A DNA stretch of 63,331 nucleotides, filler included. It is 9 parts of 9 records of this genome, joined end to end, with 100 filler letters (N's around TTAATTAATTAA, not from the genome) between each part and the next. Parts side by side here need not be neighbours in the genome. Positions count along the whole stretch, not along the records: positions 1 to 8,760 come from SRR31147125_60922; positions 8,861 to 15,113 come from SRR31147125_61006; 7 more parts are not named here. One strand, 5' to 3'. The translations under genes and the position numbers were made by a program. The notes under the pieces are model-generated. The model was given only the letters and a program-made list of their open reading frames with translations. It did not search any database and was not told the DNA's origin. Positions 1 through 9,923 of this stretch are shown here, in pieces. Every line of letters begins with the position of its first letter. Positions within the stretch are counted from its first letter, which is position 1.

Positions 1-66
1 CGGGGACAGAATGATTTTCGCATAACCCGCGAAAAGAATTCAGTCCCCTGGTATTCAAGCTACCCT

Positions 67-903
67 TTATTTGATAGCGAGACAGAAGCTTATAGCTCCG
101 GCATCATAAAACTCACATCCGGGAAGAATGTCCTCATGGAAACTGCAACCGGTGAAGCCATGGCCCTCGATGAGTTCCTGAATCTGATCATGGGCGAATG
201 CATGGGTCCAAAACCTGTAAATGCTTGTTTCCCCGTTGTCACCGGTCACGATATGCTGACTAAGACAGACATCTTGTTCGGGATAAAAGAGTTTTTCCTG
301 CAAGCTGAGATACGGTCCTTTCTTCCAGAACCCCCCACTGCAGATTTCCCATTCCCGATTTCCGACGTTGGCGATCGGGAAGGAATCGTTGAGGAAGTCG
401 AAACAGAAAACTCCTCCCGGTTTCAGAGCTCTGTAGATATTGTTGAGTACTCTCTTACGGTCTTCCGGAACCAGTACTCCGAAATCGGTGAATATCATGA
501 AGATACAGTCAAATGCTTCCTTGTCGTCCAGATCAAGGTAATTCTGGTTACGATAGGTGATATTCAGGCCGTTCTTCTGGGACGATTCCTGTGCATAACG
601 GATGGAATTGGCGGAGATGTCCACTCCAGACACTTTATACCCCCGTTCGGCAAGGTGCTCGGTATACAAACCCGGGCCACATCCCATGTCGAGTAGTGCT
701 GAACCAGGTCGAAGACAAGTGTTCTCCAGCCATTCAATGGTGGAGAGGATCGTGGACGGTTTCCTGCTGGCAAGATCAATAGCCGGGTTGAGGTGAACCG
801 CCAGCAGTTGTTGAGAGATGTGTTCATCGTCCCACATGGTTGTTGTTCCTGGTGTGTAAACAGGTGGACGAGACGCGGATCTGATATAATCGTTGAGTTT
901 CAT
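67..903 (-). CDS. Class I SAM-dependent methyltransferase
   Basis: 278-aa ORF with SAM motif I LLDMGCGPG, GVDIS, and LKPGG. Confidence 0.9.
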   Translation of the reverse strand: MKLNDYIRSASRPPVYTPGTTTMWDDEHISQQLLAVHLNPAIDLASRKPSTILSTIEWLENTCLRPGSALLDMGCGPGLYTEHLAERGYKVSGVDISANSIRYAQESSQKNGLNITYRNQNYLDLDDKEAFDCIFMIFTDFGVLVPEDRKRVLNNIYRALKPGGVFCFDFLNDSFPIANVGNREWEICSGGFWKKGPYLSLQEKLFYPEQDVCLSQHIVTGDNGETSIYRFWTHAFAHDQIQELIEGHGFTGCSFHEDILPGCEFYDAGAISFCLAIK

Positions 904-1220
904 GAAAACCTCATTTGTAATCTGAAGGATACAGATATCCTGTTTGACTAGGATAAACGTATGAATCGATGTGCGTGAGTTTCTGAGGACGCACGATCCT
1001 TAACAAAGACTGCTGTGTGCAGTTATGGAGGGCTAGCAGGTTTTCATGATCAGTTCCTATACACCTGGTTCCCGGTGATGTCAATACAATTGAGGGAACT
1101 TTCAATATTTCAGAGCTGATCTGAAAGATACCGGCTTTGACCAGGTACCTGTCGAATAAAACCTGAACAACAAGAATTCAATCAGGCCATCTGTGTCTAT
1201 GTGATTTTGCATAAATTGAG

Positions 1221-1253
1221 ATTGTGCCTATTGTGATTGTGCCGTATTGTACC
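1221..1253. promoter_or_regulatory. Putative MocR-type operator (ATTGT direct repeats)
   Basis: ATTGTGCCT-ATTGTG-ATTGTGCCGT-ATTGTACC just upstream of the MocR gene; operator role is inferred. Confidence 0.35.
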
Positions 1254-1289
1254 TGTTCGTATAAAACAATCTCAAGTAACCTTCCTGCC

Positions 1290-2756
1290 ATGAAGCCGAC
1301 AACGAATTCACAACAGACATCACCGCTCTATCTGCGTCTTGCCGATACCCTTGTTTTAATGATAGACGAGGGGACGTATCGGACCGGGGACAGGCTGCCG
1401 TCCATCCGCAGGCTCAGCAGCCAGTTCAAGGTCAGCATCAACACGGTCAAGTCGGTGTACAGTTTGCTCGAAGACAGGTGTATCATCGAGGCCAAACCCC
1501 AATCCGGTTATTACGTGCGTCCCACGTTGTCTGCTCCGCCCACGGAGCCAGTGATCGATAATCGCACTCCTGTTTCGAGTACGGTCAGCTCGAGTGAGCT
1601 GATCATGCGCATCATGCAGGACGCCCATAACCCCGGGATGGTGCAGTTCGGCGCGGCGATTCCGGCCCCTGATCTCATGCCGAGCTCGAAAATCAACCGT
1701 ATGCTGGCTGCTGCGACCAAGCGCAATGCGCATGAAAGCGTAAATTATGCGATGCCGTCGGGCAGCAGGAAATTACGCGTGCAGGTTGCCAAACGTCTGA
1801 TAAAGGCGGGATGTGTTCTCAATCCCGATGATATTGTCATTACGACGGGTGCAACAGAGGCCGTTTTCCTGGCCCTGCGGGCGGTCTGTTCCCCGGGAGA
1901 TACGATTGCGGTAGGGGCGCCGCTCTATTTCAACTTCGTTCACATGTTCAAGGAACTCGATTTACGTGTCCTCGAGATCCCTTCATCCCCGGTCACGGGT
2001 ATCGACCTTACCACCCTGCGAGACGCCCTGAAACACAATATCGTACATGCCTGTCTGATCATTTCCAACTTCAACAACCCACTGGGAATCAGTCTGTCCG
2101 ACAGTAAGAAGCAGGAACTGGCGAACCTGCTGAACGAATACGCCATTCCATTGATCGAAGACGATATCAACGGGGACCTCTCGTTCAAAGATGAGAGACC
2201 GACGCTGATCAAAACCTGGGACAAGGGCGACAATGTCATGCTCTGTTCCTCTTTTTCCAAAACTCTTGCCCCCGGTTACCGGGTCGGCTGGGTGGCCGCC
2301 GGAAAATACACGAGGCGGATTCAGCAGCAAAAACTGGTTACCAACCTGGCGTCTGCCACTCCAACTCAACTGGCAGTCGCGGAATTCCTCGACACCGGCG
2401 GCTATGATCACCATCTCCGCAGGGTTCGCAAGGTGTATGCGGCGCGGTCGGCTCAGATGGCTGATGCTGTCGGGAGATTCTTTCCCCGGGGTACGAGGGT
2501 AAGCAAACCGGAAGGCGGATTTACCCTGTGGGTGGAACTGCCTGAAAAAGTGGATACTACAACTTTACACAATGAAGCGGTCAAAAAGGGCATCACCATC
2601 GCTCCGGGATCGGTCTTCTCAATCTCTGACAATTTCAGCCACTGCCTGCGTCTCAATGCCGCATTCTGGTCGGATGACTATCTATGGGCGGTCCGGCACC
2701 TTGGGGAATGTGCCAGGAAACTCGTGGCGGACAACTCATCGTTTCAACAATCGTGA
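1290..2756 (+). CDS. GntR/MocR family transcriptional regulator with PLP-dependent aminotransferase domain
   Basis: N-terminal GntR wHTH (LPSIRRLS..VSINTV..GYYV) and class I aminotransferase domain (IEDD, SFSKTLAPGYRVGW); ATG at 1290 preferred over the ORF-track start at 1224. Confidence 0.93.
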   Translation: MKPTTNSQQTSPLYLRLADTLVLMIDEGTYRTGDRLPSIRRLSSQFKVSINTVKSVYSLLEDRCIIEAKPQSGYYVRPTLSAPPTEPVIDNRTPVSSTVSSSELIMRIMQDAHNPGMVQFGAAIPAPDLMPSSKINRMLAAATKRNAHESVNYAMPSGSRKLRVQVAKRLIKAGCVLNPDDIVITTGATEAVFLALRAVCSPGDTIAVGAPLYFNFVHMFKELDLRVLEIPSSPVTGIDLTTLRDALKHNIVHACLIISNFNNPLGISLSDSKKQELANLLNEYAIPLIEDDINGDLSFKDERPTLIKTWDKGDNVMLCSSFSKTLAPGYRVGWVAAGKYTRRIQQQKLVTNLASATPTQLAVAEFLDTGGYDHHLRRVRKVYAARSAQMADAVGRFFPRGTRVSKPEGGFTLWVELPEKVDTTTLHNEAVKKGITIAPGSVFSISDNFSHCLRLNAAFWSDDYLWAVRHLGECARKLVADNSSFQQS

Positions 2757-2762
2757 GCAACA

Positions 2763-3692
2763 ATGAAGAACTTCCTTTTTTATGCAGCGACCGTTTTCAT
2801 CTGGGGATCGACCTGGATCGCGATAAAGATGCAGCTGGGTGTCGTCGATCCGATGGTATCCGTTACGTACCGCTTTGTGCTCGCTGCCGTCCTGCTCTTT
2901 GCCTGGTGCTTTGCCCGGGGTGTGAACATGCGTTATTCCGGGAGGCAGCACGGGTTCATGGCCCTGCAGGGCCTGCTTCTGTTCGGGTTTAACTATCTCC
3001 TGTTCTACCTGGCGGAGCTGTATATAGCGAGCGGACTGGCGGCCGTGCTGTTTTCCACCATTTTAGTCATGAACGTGGTGAACGGCGCCCTTTTTCTGAA
3101 AACGCCCATTGAGCGAAAGGTAGTTGTGGCTGGAATCCTGGGGTTAACCGGCATCGTGCTGGTTTTCCGCCCGGAAATATCGGCCTTCGATCTCGACAAT
3201 CATGGTGTCCGGGGGGTACTGCTGTGTATCGGTGCCACGCTGCTTGCGTCGCTCGGTAACATCACATCGGCATACAATCAGAAACATAACAACCTGCCTA
3301 TCGTTCAGACCAACGCATTCGGAATGGGGTATGGAGCCCTCGCGCTGTTTGCGATCGTCATCGCGACCGGCAGGCCGTTCAGCTTTGATCCGTCACTGAC
3401 CTACGTCGGGTCGCTTGCATATCTGGCTGTATTCGGGTCGATAATCGCATTCGGCTGCTACCTGACGCTGGTCGGCAATATCGGGGCAGACAGGGCGGCC
3501 TATGCCACACTGCTCTTTCCCATCGTTGCTCTGACTATATCGACAATATGGGAAGATTACCTGTGGACAGCGGACGCCGGGGTGGGGATTGTTTTGATCC
3601 TGCTGGGCAATGCAATCATGGTGCAGCGCACATGGCATCTGCCGAAGATCTTCAAACCAAAGCGACTGGTCACGGTCCCGGTCAAGAAGTAG
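2763..3692 (+). CDS. EamA/DMT family transporter
   Basis: About 10 hydrophobic helices; IWGSTW and YLAVFGSIIAF motifs; directly follows the MocR gene. Confidence 0.9.
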   Translation: MKNFLFYAATVFIWGSTWIAIKMQLGVVDPMVSVTYRFVLAAVLLFAWCFARGVNMRYSGRQHGFMALQGLLLFGFNYLLFYLAELYIASGLAAVLFSTILVMNVVNGALFLKTPIERKVVVAGILGLTGIVLVFRPEISAFDLDNHGVRGVLLCIGATLLASLGNITSAYNQKHNNLPIVQTNAFGMGYGALALFAIVIATGRPFSFDPSLTYVGSLAYLAVFGSIIAFGCYLTLVGNIGADRAAYATLLFPIVALTISTIWEDYLWTADAGVGIVLILLGNAIMVQRTWHLPKIFKPKRLVTVPVKK

Positions 3693-3777
3693 AGGCCCGC
3701 GCTCTGTTGCACATTCACCTTATGTGGGGATGAACCAGGTGGGTTTACGCAGCAAGAGGGTATGGGCCGTCACCCCC

Positions 3778-3996
3778 TCACAGCAACTCGTCAACGGTGC
3801 CTGCCCAGCTGCATGCTCCGCAATAGAGGCGTTCCCGGTCAACCGTATCATCGTCACCCGATGGGCCGTCGATATACACGATGCTCGGTGGTATCCCTGC
3901 CTCTATGTGAAACACCGAGCGCGGGCTTCGTCTCGATGATACGAGATACAGCGACCCGCAGCGGGGGCACTTCAGAAAATTATCCTCGTCTGACAC
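3778..3996 (-). CDS. Small zinc-ribbon-like hypothetical protein
   Basis: 72 aa with CPRC and CGAC pairs; GTG start with GGAG upstream; co-oriented with two upstream small genes. Confidence 0.65.
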   Translation of the reverse strand: MSDEDNFLKCPRCGSLYLVSSRRSPRSVFHIEAGIPPSIVYIDGPSGDDDTVDRERLYCGACSWAGTVDELL

Positions 3997-4023
3997 GGCT
4001 CTGCTCCCGACTGAAAAGATGCG

Positions 4024-4350
4024 TCACTCTTCATTCTCCTCAAGAAACTCGATGGAGATGGTTCCGTCGTCGTTCTCGGAGAGACGGTACGCGCCTCCGT
4101 ACTCAAGGTCAATGCCGACCCCGCGCGCAGCTTCGGAAAGTTCCTGAAACTGGAGTCCGCTGTCGGCGTCCTCGATTTCATCGTTTTTGAGGAAGATCAG
4201 CCGTGAGCCGATCTCTCCGAACTGCAGCAGAAAATGGTTGTGCGTGACGAATACCAGGTCCTCATACACATATGAGACGTCCGCACCAAGTCCATCAAGA
4301 ACGGTTTTTACAATACCCAGGGGTCTGTATTCAATCTCATTGCTCTGCAT
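4024..4350 (-). CDS. Hypothetical protein
   Basis: 108-aa acidic, protein-like ORF; GGAGAG before the ATG; tight operon spacing. Confidence 0.75.
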   Translation of the reverse strand: MQSNEIEYRPLGIVKTVLDGLGADVSYVYEDLVFVTHNHFLLQFGEIGSRLIFLKNDEIEDADSGLQFQELSEAARGVGIDLEYGGAYRLSENDDGTISIEFLEENEE

Positions 4351-4394
4351 GGCTCTCCATCATATCACGTTGCCTGCATTGATCTTCCAGGCGA

Positions 4395-4640
4395 TCACTC
4401 CTTCTCTCCGGTCGTCTTTATGGACTGAATCGCATTCCAGTCGAAATAACAATTACTCACTTTACCATCCAGCTCTTCCGTTATACGTACAAATGTATCC
4501 CCGAGAAACAGGACTGCACCAGTAAAAACCTCACTGCCGTTCACCTGCAGGGATACACCCTTGCGAAGTTTTCTGGACAGCGTTCCATGTACTGGCATCG
4601 ACGCATATTCAAAGATTTTTTCCCATGTTTCCTTCATCAT
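4395..4640 (-). CDS. Hypothetical protein
   Basis: ATG at 4640 follows an AGGAGA RBS; 81 aa starting MMKETWEKIFEYASMP. Confidence 0.75.
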   Translation of the reverse strand: MMKETWEKIFEYASMPVHGTLSRKLRKGVSLQVNGSEVFTGAVLFLGDTFVRITEELDGKVSNCYFDWNAIQSIKTTGEKE

Positions 4641-4699
4641 TATAATTCTCCTGAATTTTATTCGTTCAACCATGAGTCTCAACGGCTTGAATCCATTAT

Positions 4700-4716
4700 A
4701 GCAAGCGGCGTGCCGG
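4700..4716 (-). promoter_or_regulatory. Sigma54 (-24/-12) promoter
   Basis: Minus strand reads CCGGCACGCCGCTTGCT, matching YTGGCACG-N4-TTGCW with exact GG-N10-GC spacing, about 60 bp before the 4640 start. Confidence 0.7.
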
Positions 4717-4895
4717 ATCGGTAAAGATGGATAATGTATAGGATGTCAGTATGTTACGTGGTGGACGTTGAGGGGCAAGCCACGGGGCTGAACTGAACTA
4801 AATGGTAGCCGAGCGACACTATTGTCGGGAGCGTGACAATCAGGTTGCACCACCCGATCGGCTGCATGTGGGGTCTGCGTCGCAGATGATAGGCG

Positions 4896-6086
4896 CTATC
4901 GCGTGGGTGTGACGAAGCGGATACCAACCGCCAACCAGAGGGAGACCCCGAGCAGACCGATAGCCAGCTGCATGATACCCAGGTTTGTGATCAACGTGTC
5001 CGGGCGAATGGAAACGAGGAACATGCCGAGGCTGCCCATGAGCATCCCGAGAAACTGGATCAGCGCTGATGCCGAGCCGGTGTCCCGCTCCTGCTGGTCG
5101 AGCATGAAGTTTGCCCCTGGCACGCGCATGATCATCATCGATGTGGTTGCCGCAGCGATACAGATGGCGAAGATCCACGGTGAGAGAGAGCCGATTCCCA
5201 GGGTGCCGGCACCGGCCATGATCATCGTTGCAAACCCAAGGGTTACCAGCGTTTTCGACGAAACCCGGGCCGACAGCTTTACATAGAGCAGTGGTCCTAT
5301 CATGCCGGCCAGAGCGTTAAACGCGAGAAAATAGCTGTACACCTTCTCGCTCAACCCGAACCCTCTGATGTAGATAAACGACGAGGCGGCAAGAAATGCC
5401 ATCAGTGTCATCGGAAGAATGGAGAAGATAATAAGCAGATATGTGAAGCCGGGGTTTTTCAGGACGACCAGGATGCGCCCCCAGGAACCCAGGATGGACC
5501 CCTCGTAGCGCTGTTCCAGCGTCTCCTCAAGCAGAAAGGTAACGGCCAAGGCAATGATGCCGACGAGCGCCAACACGAGAAAACAGGCTCTCCAGGAGAA
5601 GAAATCAAGCAGAATCGCCCCCAGGATCGGGGCGACAGCCGGAGCTATCGTAACCATCGACATCATGATGGCCATGATCCGTTCACGGTGCCTGCCGGAA
5701 TACATATCCTTGATGATCGCCATACCGGCAACCGTCGCGGAACTGCCGCCGAATGCCTGGAAAATACGGCTGGCGTTCAGCTGCAGTATCGTGGTGGATG
5801 CGGCGCAGAGAATGGAGGCAACGACATAGATACAGATCCCGATAAGGATAATCTTCTTGCGGCCATATTTTTCACTGAGTGGCCCCCAGAACAGCAGGCC
5901 GCTCGCATACACCACGAAAAACAGGCTCAGGGTGAGGTTCGCATAGGTTTGCGTTGTCTGCAGCTGATCTGCCATCTGCGGCAGTGCGGGCAGGTACATG
6001 TCTGTCGACAAAGGGGGGAATGCTCCGATCAGGATCAGGTAGAAAATGAGCCCGACGTTTCCCAGGATTTTTTGCTTCCCGTTCAT
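4896..6086 (-). CDS. Bcr/CflA subfamily MFS multidrug efflux transporter
   Basis: STDMYLPALP and GPLSEKYGRK motifs; about 12 TM helices. Confidence 0.92.
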   Translation of the reverse strand: MNGKQKILGNVGLIFYLILIGAFPPLSTDMYLPALPQMADQLQTTQTYANLTLSLFFVVYASGLLFWGPLSEKYGRKKIILIGICIYVVASILCAASTTILQLNASRIFQAFGGSSATVAGMAIIKDMYSGRHRERIMAIMMSMVTIAPAVAPILGAILLDFFSWRACFLVLALVGIIALAVTFLLEETLEQRYEGSILGSWGRILVVLKNPGFTYLLIIFSILPMTLMAFLAASSFIYIRGFGLSEKVYSYFLAFNALAGMIGPLLYVKLSARVSSKTLVTLGFATMIMAGAGTLGIGSLSPWIFAICIAAATTSMMIMRVPGANFMLDQQERDTGSASALIQFLGMLMGSLGMFLVSIRPDTLITNLGIMQLAIGLLGVSLWLAVGIRFVTPTR

Positions 6087-6260
6087 TTCTTCTCTGCGTT
6101 CATGGTGTTCTCCTTATGATGTTGTCTTGGGCGGAAAGGTATACTCGAGAGGACGACAGATCAAAAGCAGAAAAATTTTGATAATCGAGGACTCGTTGAT
6201 ATCGTGTAGTGGATACCAGCTGCGTAGAACATGCATAGGGCAAGAAAGGAGAGAGTGAAA

Positions 6261-7172
6261 ATGGCGACAGGGAATGTCACGATACTGGACGGTGGTATGG
6301 GGCGGGAACTCGAGAAACGGGGTGCGCCGTTCAGACAACCGGAGTGGTCCGCTCTGGCGCTGATGGCAGATTCCGGGGTCGTGAAGGACGTTCACAAGAC
6401 TTTCATTGCTGCCGGGGCCTCGGTGATAACCACCAACAGCTACGCCCTGGTCCCGTTCCATCTCGGTGAAAAACGATTTGACGACCTGGGGAGGGCCCTG
6501 GCCATGACCGCTGGCACAGCGGCCCGTGACGCTGTCCGTGAATCCGGAGCCTCCGTGCGTGTTGCCGGCTCCATCCCCCCGCTGTTCGGGTCGTATCGGC
6601 CCGACCTGTACCGTTCTGACCGGGTCGATGCAATTGCAGCACCGCTCATTGAGGGCCTGCGCACCCACGTGGACTTATGGCTCTGCGAGACCCAGAGCCT
6701 TATAGAGGAGCCCATCCGTATCAAGTCGCTGGTCGATCGGTTGGATACGCAACGCAAACCGTTCTGGGTCGCGTTTACCCTGGAAGATGACACGGTGAGC
6801 AGGGAGTCGCGCCTGCGTTCAGGAGAACCCGTGGCTGATGCGGTCGGTGCGATGGTCGATGTCGGTGTGGACGCGATTCTGTTCAACTGCTGTCAACCGG
6901 AGGTCATCGGGCAGGCCCTGAGGGACACCCGACAGCAGCTGGCATCCCTGGGGGCCGAACACCTCGGGATTGGCGCCTATGCGAACGCGTTTGCGCCGCA
7001 GCCGGAGGATATTCCGGCAAACGAGGGCCTGAGTGAGATGCGAGCGGATTTGACGCCGACGTTATACGCAACGTGGGCCCGGCGCTGGGTTGAAGAAGGA
7101 GCGACGTTGATTGGCGGATGCTGCGGGATCGGTCCCGAGCATATCACAGCGTTGTCTGAGCAACTGGGTTGA
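6261..7172 (+). CDS. Homocysteine S-methyltransferase family protein
   Basis: ILDGGMGREL, FNCC, and GGCCG zinc ligands; ATG at 6261 after AGGAGAG. Confidence 0.92.
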   Translation: MATGNVTILDGGMGRELEKRGAPFRQPEWSALALMADSGVVKDVHKTFIAAGASVITTNSYALVPFHLGEKRFDDLGRALAMTAGTAARDAVRESGASVRVAGSIPPLFGSYRPDLYRSDRVDAIAAPLIEGLRTHVDLWLCETQSLIEEPIRIKSLVDRLDTQRKPFWVAFTLEDDTVSRESRLRSGEPVADAVGAMVDVGVDAILFNCCQPEVIGQALRDTRQQLASLGAEHLGIGAYANAFAPQPEDIPANEGLSEMRADLTPTLYATWARRWVEEGATLIGGCCGIGPEHITALSEQLG

Positions 7173-7203
7173 AAACCCGAACAGTCAGGGAATCGCTCGA
7201 CTC

Positions 7204-7530
7204 TCAGGGTTCGGGCATCGCGCTCATGATGAGGTCAACGAGCCGTTTCATCTTAGTTCGGCCGACCAGTCCGGTATAGGGCTTCAGCTCCTCTCGCATG
7301 TCCTCCGGCAGACAACGCATGGCCGGGGTGCCGGTAAACACACGGTTGACGATAACCAGTTGCTGGTGCGGGATGATGACGATGAACTGCCCCATGAATC
7401 CGTGTATACGTAGGCCAGTCCAATGAGTGCGAGTCGTGCGGAAGATGAAAGTGTCAAGCCGAAGGCCATCGCGTACCCCCATCCGAAGCTGTTTTCTGCC
7501 GGATTGTCCCGAGATTGAGTGTACCACTCA
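7204..7530 (-). pseudogene. C-terminal remnant of a serine hydrolase (class C beta-lactamase-like)
   Basis: Two frames give EWYTQS..SFGWGY and GFMGQFIVIIPHQQLVIV, typical of the C-terminus; the SxxK N-terminal part is absent. Confidence 0.5.
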
Positions 7531-8448
7531 AATTGATTGTTGGGAAGGGGGTTGCTGTGATCCTCTCTCTGTACTGATGGTATAGTCACCGGCGCTGACC
7601 CTGATTGAGATATCCCCGTTCATATCAGTTCGGTAGCTGTCGGTGCCGTTTCGTGCGAGCCTGTCCAGAACTTCCCTGGCAGGGGAGCCGATGCGGTTGT
7701 GCGCTGCGGTGCTGATCACCGCCTGTTTCGGGGAAACCTTCTCCAGTAGCTGATCCGATGTGGAGTCGGCGGCGCCGTGATGCCCGATCTTGAGAATATC
7801 TGCATGGGGAACCGCCCCGTTCAGTAAAAACTCCCGTTCCCCGCGTCCGGAGAGATCGCCCATGTGCAGCAGGCTGACGTCGTTATATGAGATAAGCAGG
7901 GCGGTCGACTCGTCGTTGCGATTTGCGCCTGCGGCTGGTTCTGCGGGCGGGTGGAGTACATCGATCGCGATATCGCCGCAGCTGAGTTGCATTCCCCGGC
8001 TCAGGGCCTGGTACGGTTGTTTTTTGCGAAGCACCGTGTAATCGTCGAAATATTCCCAGGAATCGTTGGATCGGGCATTGTCGTAGAACTGCCTGGTCGG
8101 TATGCGCGGTAGGATATCGAACAGCCCGGCGAAGTGATCGAGGTGCGGGTGGGTGACGATCACCATATCGAGGGTGGAGATGCCGAGATCTTCCAGTTTA
8201 CCGGTTATACGGTGACCGCTGATGGGCGGCCCCGCATCGATCAGGACCGCGCATGTCCCCGGCTGGTGCAGGATCATCGCGTCGCCCTGGCCGACATCGA
8301 GAACGTAGATGTGCAGATCGTCTGAGGTCATGGCGGCAGTCGGTATGAAAAGGATTGAAATGATAAGGAGCGCGAACAGCGCGAACCGAATGCTCGACCG
8401 CGCCTTGCGAGAACGTGCTGTCCTGAGGGAGTCGTCGTGACGGTTCAT
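7528..8448 (-). CDS. ComEC/Rec2-like MBL-fold metallo-hydrolase with N-terminal anchor
   Basis: LDVGQGDA, THPHLDH, MGD, KIGHHG, and RTDMNG motifs. Confidence 0.9.
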   Translation of the reverse strand: MNRHDDSLRTARSRKARSSIRFALFALLIISILFIPTAAMTSDDLHIYVLDVGQGDAMILHQPGTCAVLIDAGPPISGHRITGKLEDLGISTLDMVIVTHPHLDHFAGLFDILPRIPTRQFYDNARSNDSWEYFDDYTVLRKKQPYQALSRGMQLSCGDIAIDVLHPPAEPAAGANRNDESTALLISYNDVSLLHMGDLSGRGEREFLLNGAVPHADILKIGHHGAADSTSDQLLEKVSPKQAVISTAAHNRIGSPAREVLDRLARNGTDSYRTDMNGDISIRVSAGDYTISTERGSQQPPSQQSI

Positions 8449-8452
8449 ACGC

Positions 8453-8758
8453 TTATTTCAACTCACTGCGCAGCGACGGTACCGCGCATCCGATCGCGGA
8501 CGCCTGACGCAGAAAATAGTCGTCGGTCATCCCGGCGATGAAGTCCCTCACCCGGGCCGGCAGGGATTGTTTCTCGGTGTAGGAACTCTCCAGGTCGTCG
8601 AGCAGGTCGACGTCGAGTTCATCGCTGGTGCCGCGTTGCAGGTGCTCGAGGTAGTGAAGGAACAGCGATCGGTAGCACTCCTCGATGATCGGCATGTTCT
8701 CCTGAGTCTCATCAGCAAGGTAAATGTTATTATAGTTGAATTCTTTCAGCTCCCGCAG
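8453..8758 (-). CDS. dGTP triphosphohydrolase-like HD protein, C-terminal part (5' truncated)
   Basis: Frame is open to the contig edge: LRELKEFNYNNIY..RVRDFIAGMTDDYF. Confidence 0.75.
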   Translation of the reverse strand: MRELKEFNYNNIYLADETQENMPIIEECYRSLFLHYLEHLQRGTSDELDVDLLDDLESSYTEKQSLPARVRDFIAGMTDDYFLRQASAIGCAVPSLRSELK

Positions 8759-8760
8759 GG

Positions 8761-8860
8761 NNNNNNNNNNNNNNNNNNNNNNNNNNNNNNNNNNNNNNNN
8801 NNNNTTAATTAATTAANNNNNNNNNNNNNNNNNNNNNNNNNNNNNNNNNNNNNNNNNNNN
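8761..8860. other. Artificial contig linker
   Basis: N44-TTAATTAATTAA-N44, with stops in all six frames. Confidence 0.99.
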
Positions 8861-9219
8861 CAGCGCCTTTTGCCCCGGTCTGCAGGCGGCAGGGTGGCGG
8901 CCCTGGAGATCATGGGCATGAACCTTCGGATCAATGACATCATCCTCAACGGAGAGTCCGAGGGCAAAACCATCCATGAGGTGATTGCCAATTCCACGGC
9001 ATTCGGGATGCAGACCTTTGACCAGCATATCCTTGAATTGTACAAGGCAGACATTATCACAGAAGAGACCGCCTTTTCCTATTGTTCCCACAAAAGCGTC
9101 CTTTCCCAGGGCATGGATGTGCTCAAGCGGGAAAAGGGGAGAAAACCTCTGCCATTGAGGGCTTGACCATTGACTGGAAGGAAGAGAAAGAAACAGAAAA
9201 CCGGGAGGAAACGCCATGA
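8861..9219 (+). CDS. PilT/PilU type IV pilus ATPase, C-terminal part (5' truncated, apparent frameshift near 9136)
   Basis: GGRVAALEIM and GMQTFDQ motifs; the shifted frame continues EKTSAIEGLTIDW..ETP to a TGA overlapping the next ATG. Confidence 0.82.
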
Positions 9220-9923
9220 TATCCCAATGCCCCCATTGCAGCCAGGCCTTGAAATTTTCCCAGCCCCAGATGGAAAAATTCAGACAGGCCCTGGCCAGAC
9301 TGGCCGGGGGAAAGGCCCTGAAATTCGGCTGCCCCAAATGTAAAACCCCTATTGAAGTGGACAGGGAGGGGAACCTGGCAGAGAAAGGGCCGGCCCCGGA
9401 CAGGGCTCAGGGTCCGGTTGTGGATCCCCCGGCTGCCCCGGATATTGCCTGGCTCTCTTCTGGCACGGAGGAGGGCGGCCAGATCCTGGAGGATGTGCCC
9501 ACGGCCATGGTTTTGATCAAGGCCGGCGAGGTGCTGGAACAGGTCATTGCCGTTTTAAAGGCGGAAAATCTTCAGATCCACATCCCGGAAACCGTGGATG
9601 AGGCCGTCTCAGGCATGCGATTCAAGGAATATGACGTGGTGGTCTATAATACGGACTTTGAGGACGGGCCCCTGGACGTCCATGATTTTCATAAATTCAT
9701 TTCCAATATGAGTATGAACAGGCGCAGGAAAATCCTTTATATCCTGGTGGGGGAAGAGGTGAAAACCCTTTACGATCTGGAGGCCCTGACCCTGAGCGCC
9801 AATATTACGGTCAATACCCGGGAACTGCCCTATTTTGACAAGATCTTTTCAAAGGGGAAAAAAGGGTATGACACCCTGTTCGGCCCCTATATTTCCATGC
9901 TCAGACAGCACGGCAAAAGTTAA
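9216..9923 (+). CDS. Zinc-ribbon domain protein with receiver-like C-terminal region
   Basis: CPHC and CPKC pairs, Pro-rich linker, alpha/beta C-terminal domain; GGAGG RBS. Confidence 0.75.
   Translation: MISQCPHCSQALKFSQPQMEKFRQALARLAGGKALKFGCPKCKTPIEVDREGNLAEKGPAPDRAQGPVVDPPAAPDIAWLSSGTEEGGQILEDVPTAMVLIKAGEVLEQVIAVLKAENLQIHIPETVDEAVSGMRFKEYDVVVYNTDFEDGPLDVHDFHKFISNMSMNRRRKILYILVGEEVKTLYDLEALTLSANITVNTRELPYFDKIFSKGKKGYDTLFGPYISMLRQHGKS

Noticed and set aside
136-696. 186-aa + strand ORF and other long antisense ORFs (e.g. 12923-13747, 41362-41994, 62189-62599)
   Set aside because: They overlap well-supported genes on the opposite strand and show no family motifs.
911-1105. 64-aa ORF between the methyltransferase and MocR genes
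   Set aside because: No recognisable motif or RBS; likely the divergent promoter region.
8761-8860. TTAATTAATTAA as a biological repeat
   Set aside because: Identical in all eight N blocks; an assembly linker. ORFs containing X are artefacts of it.
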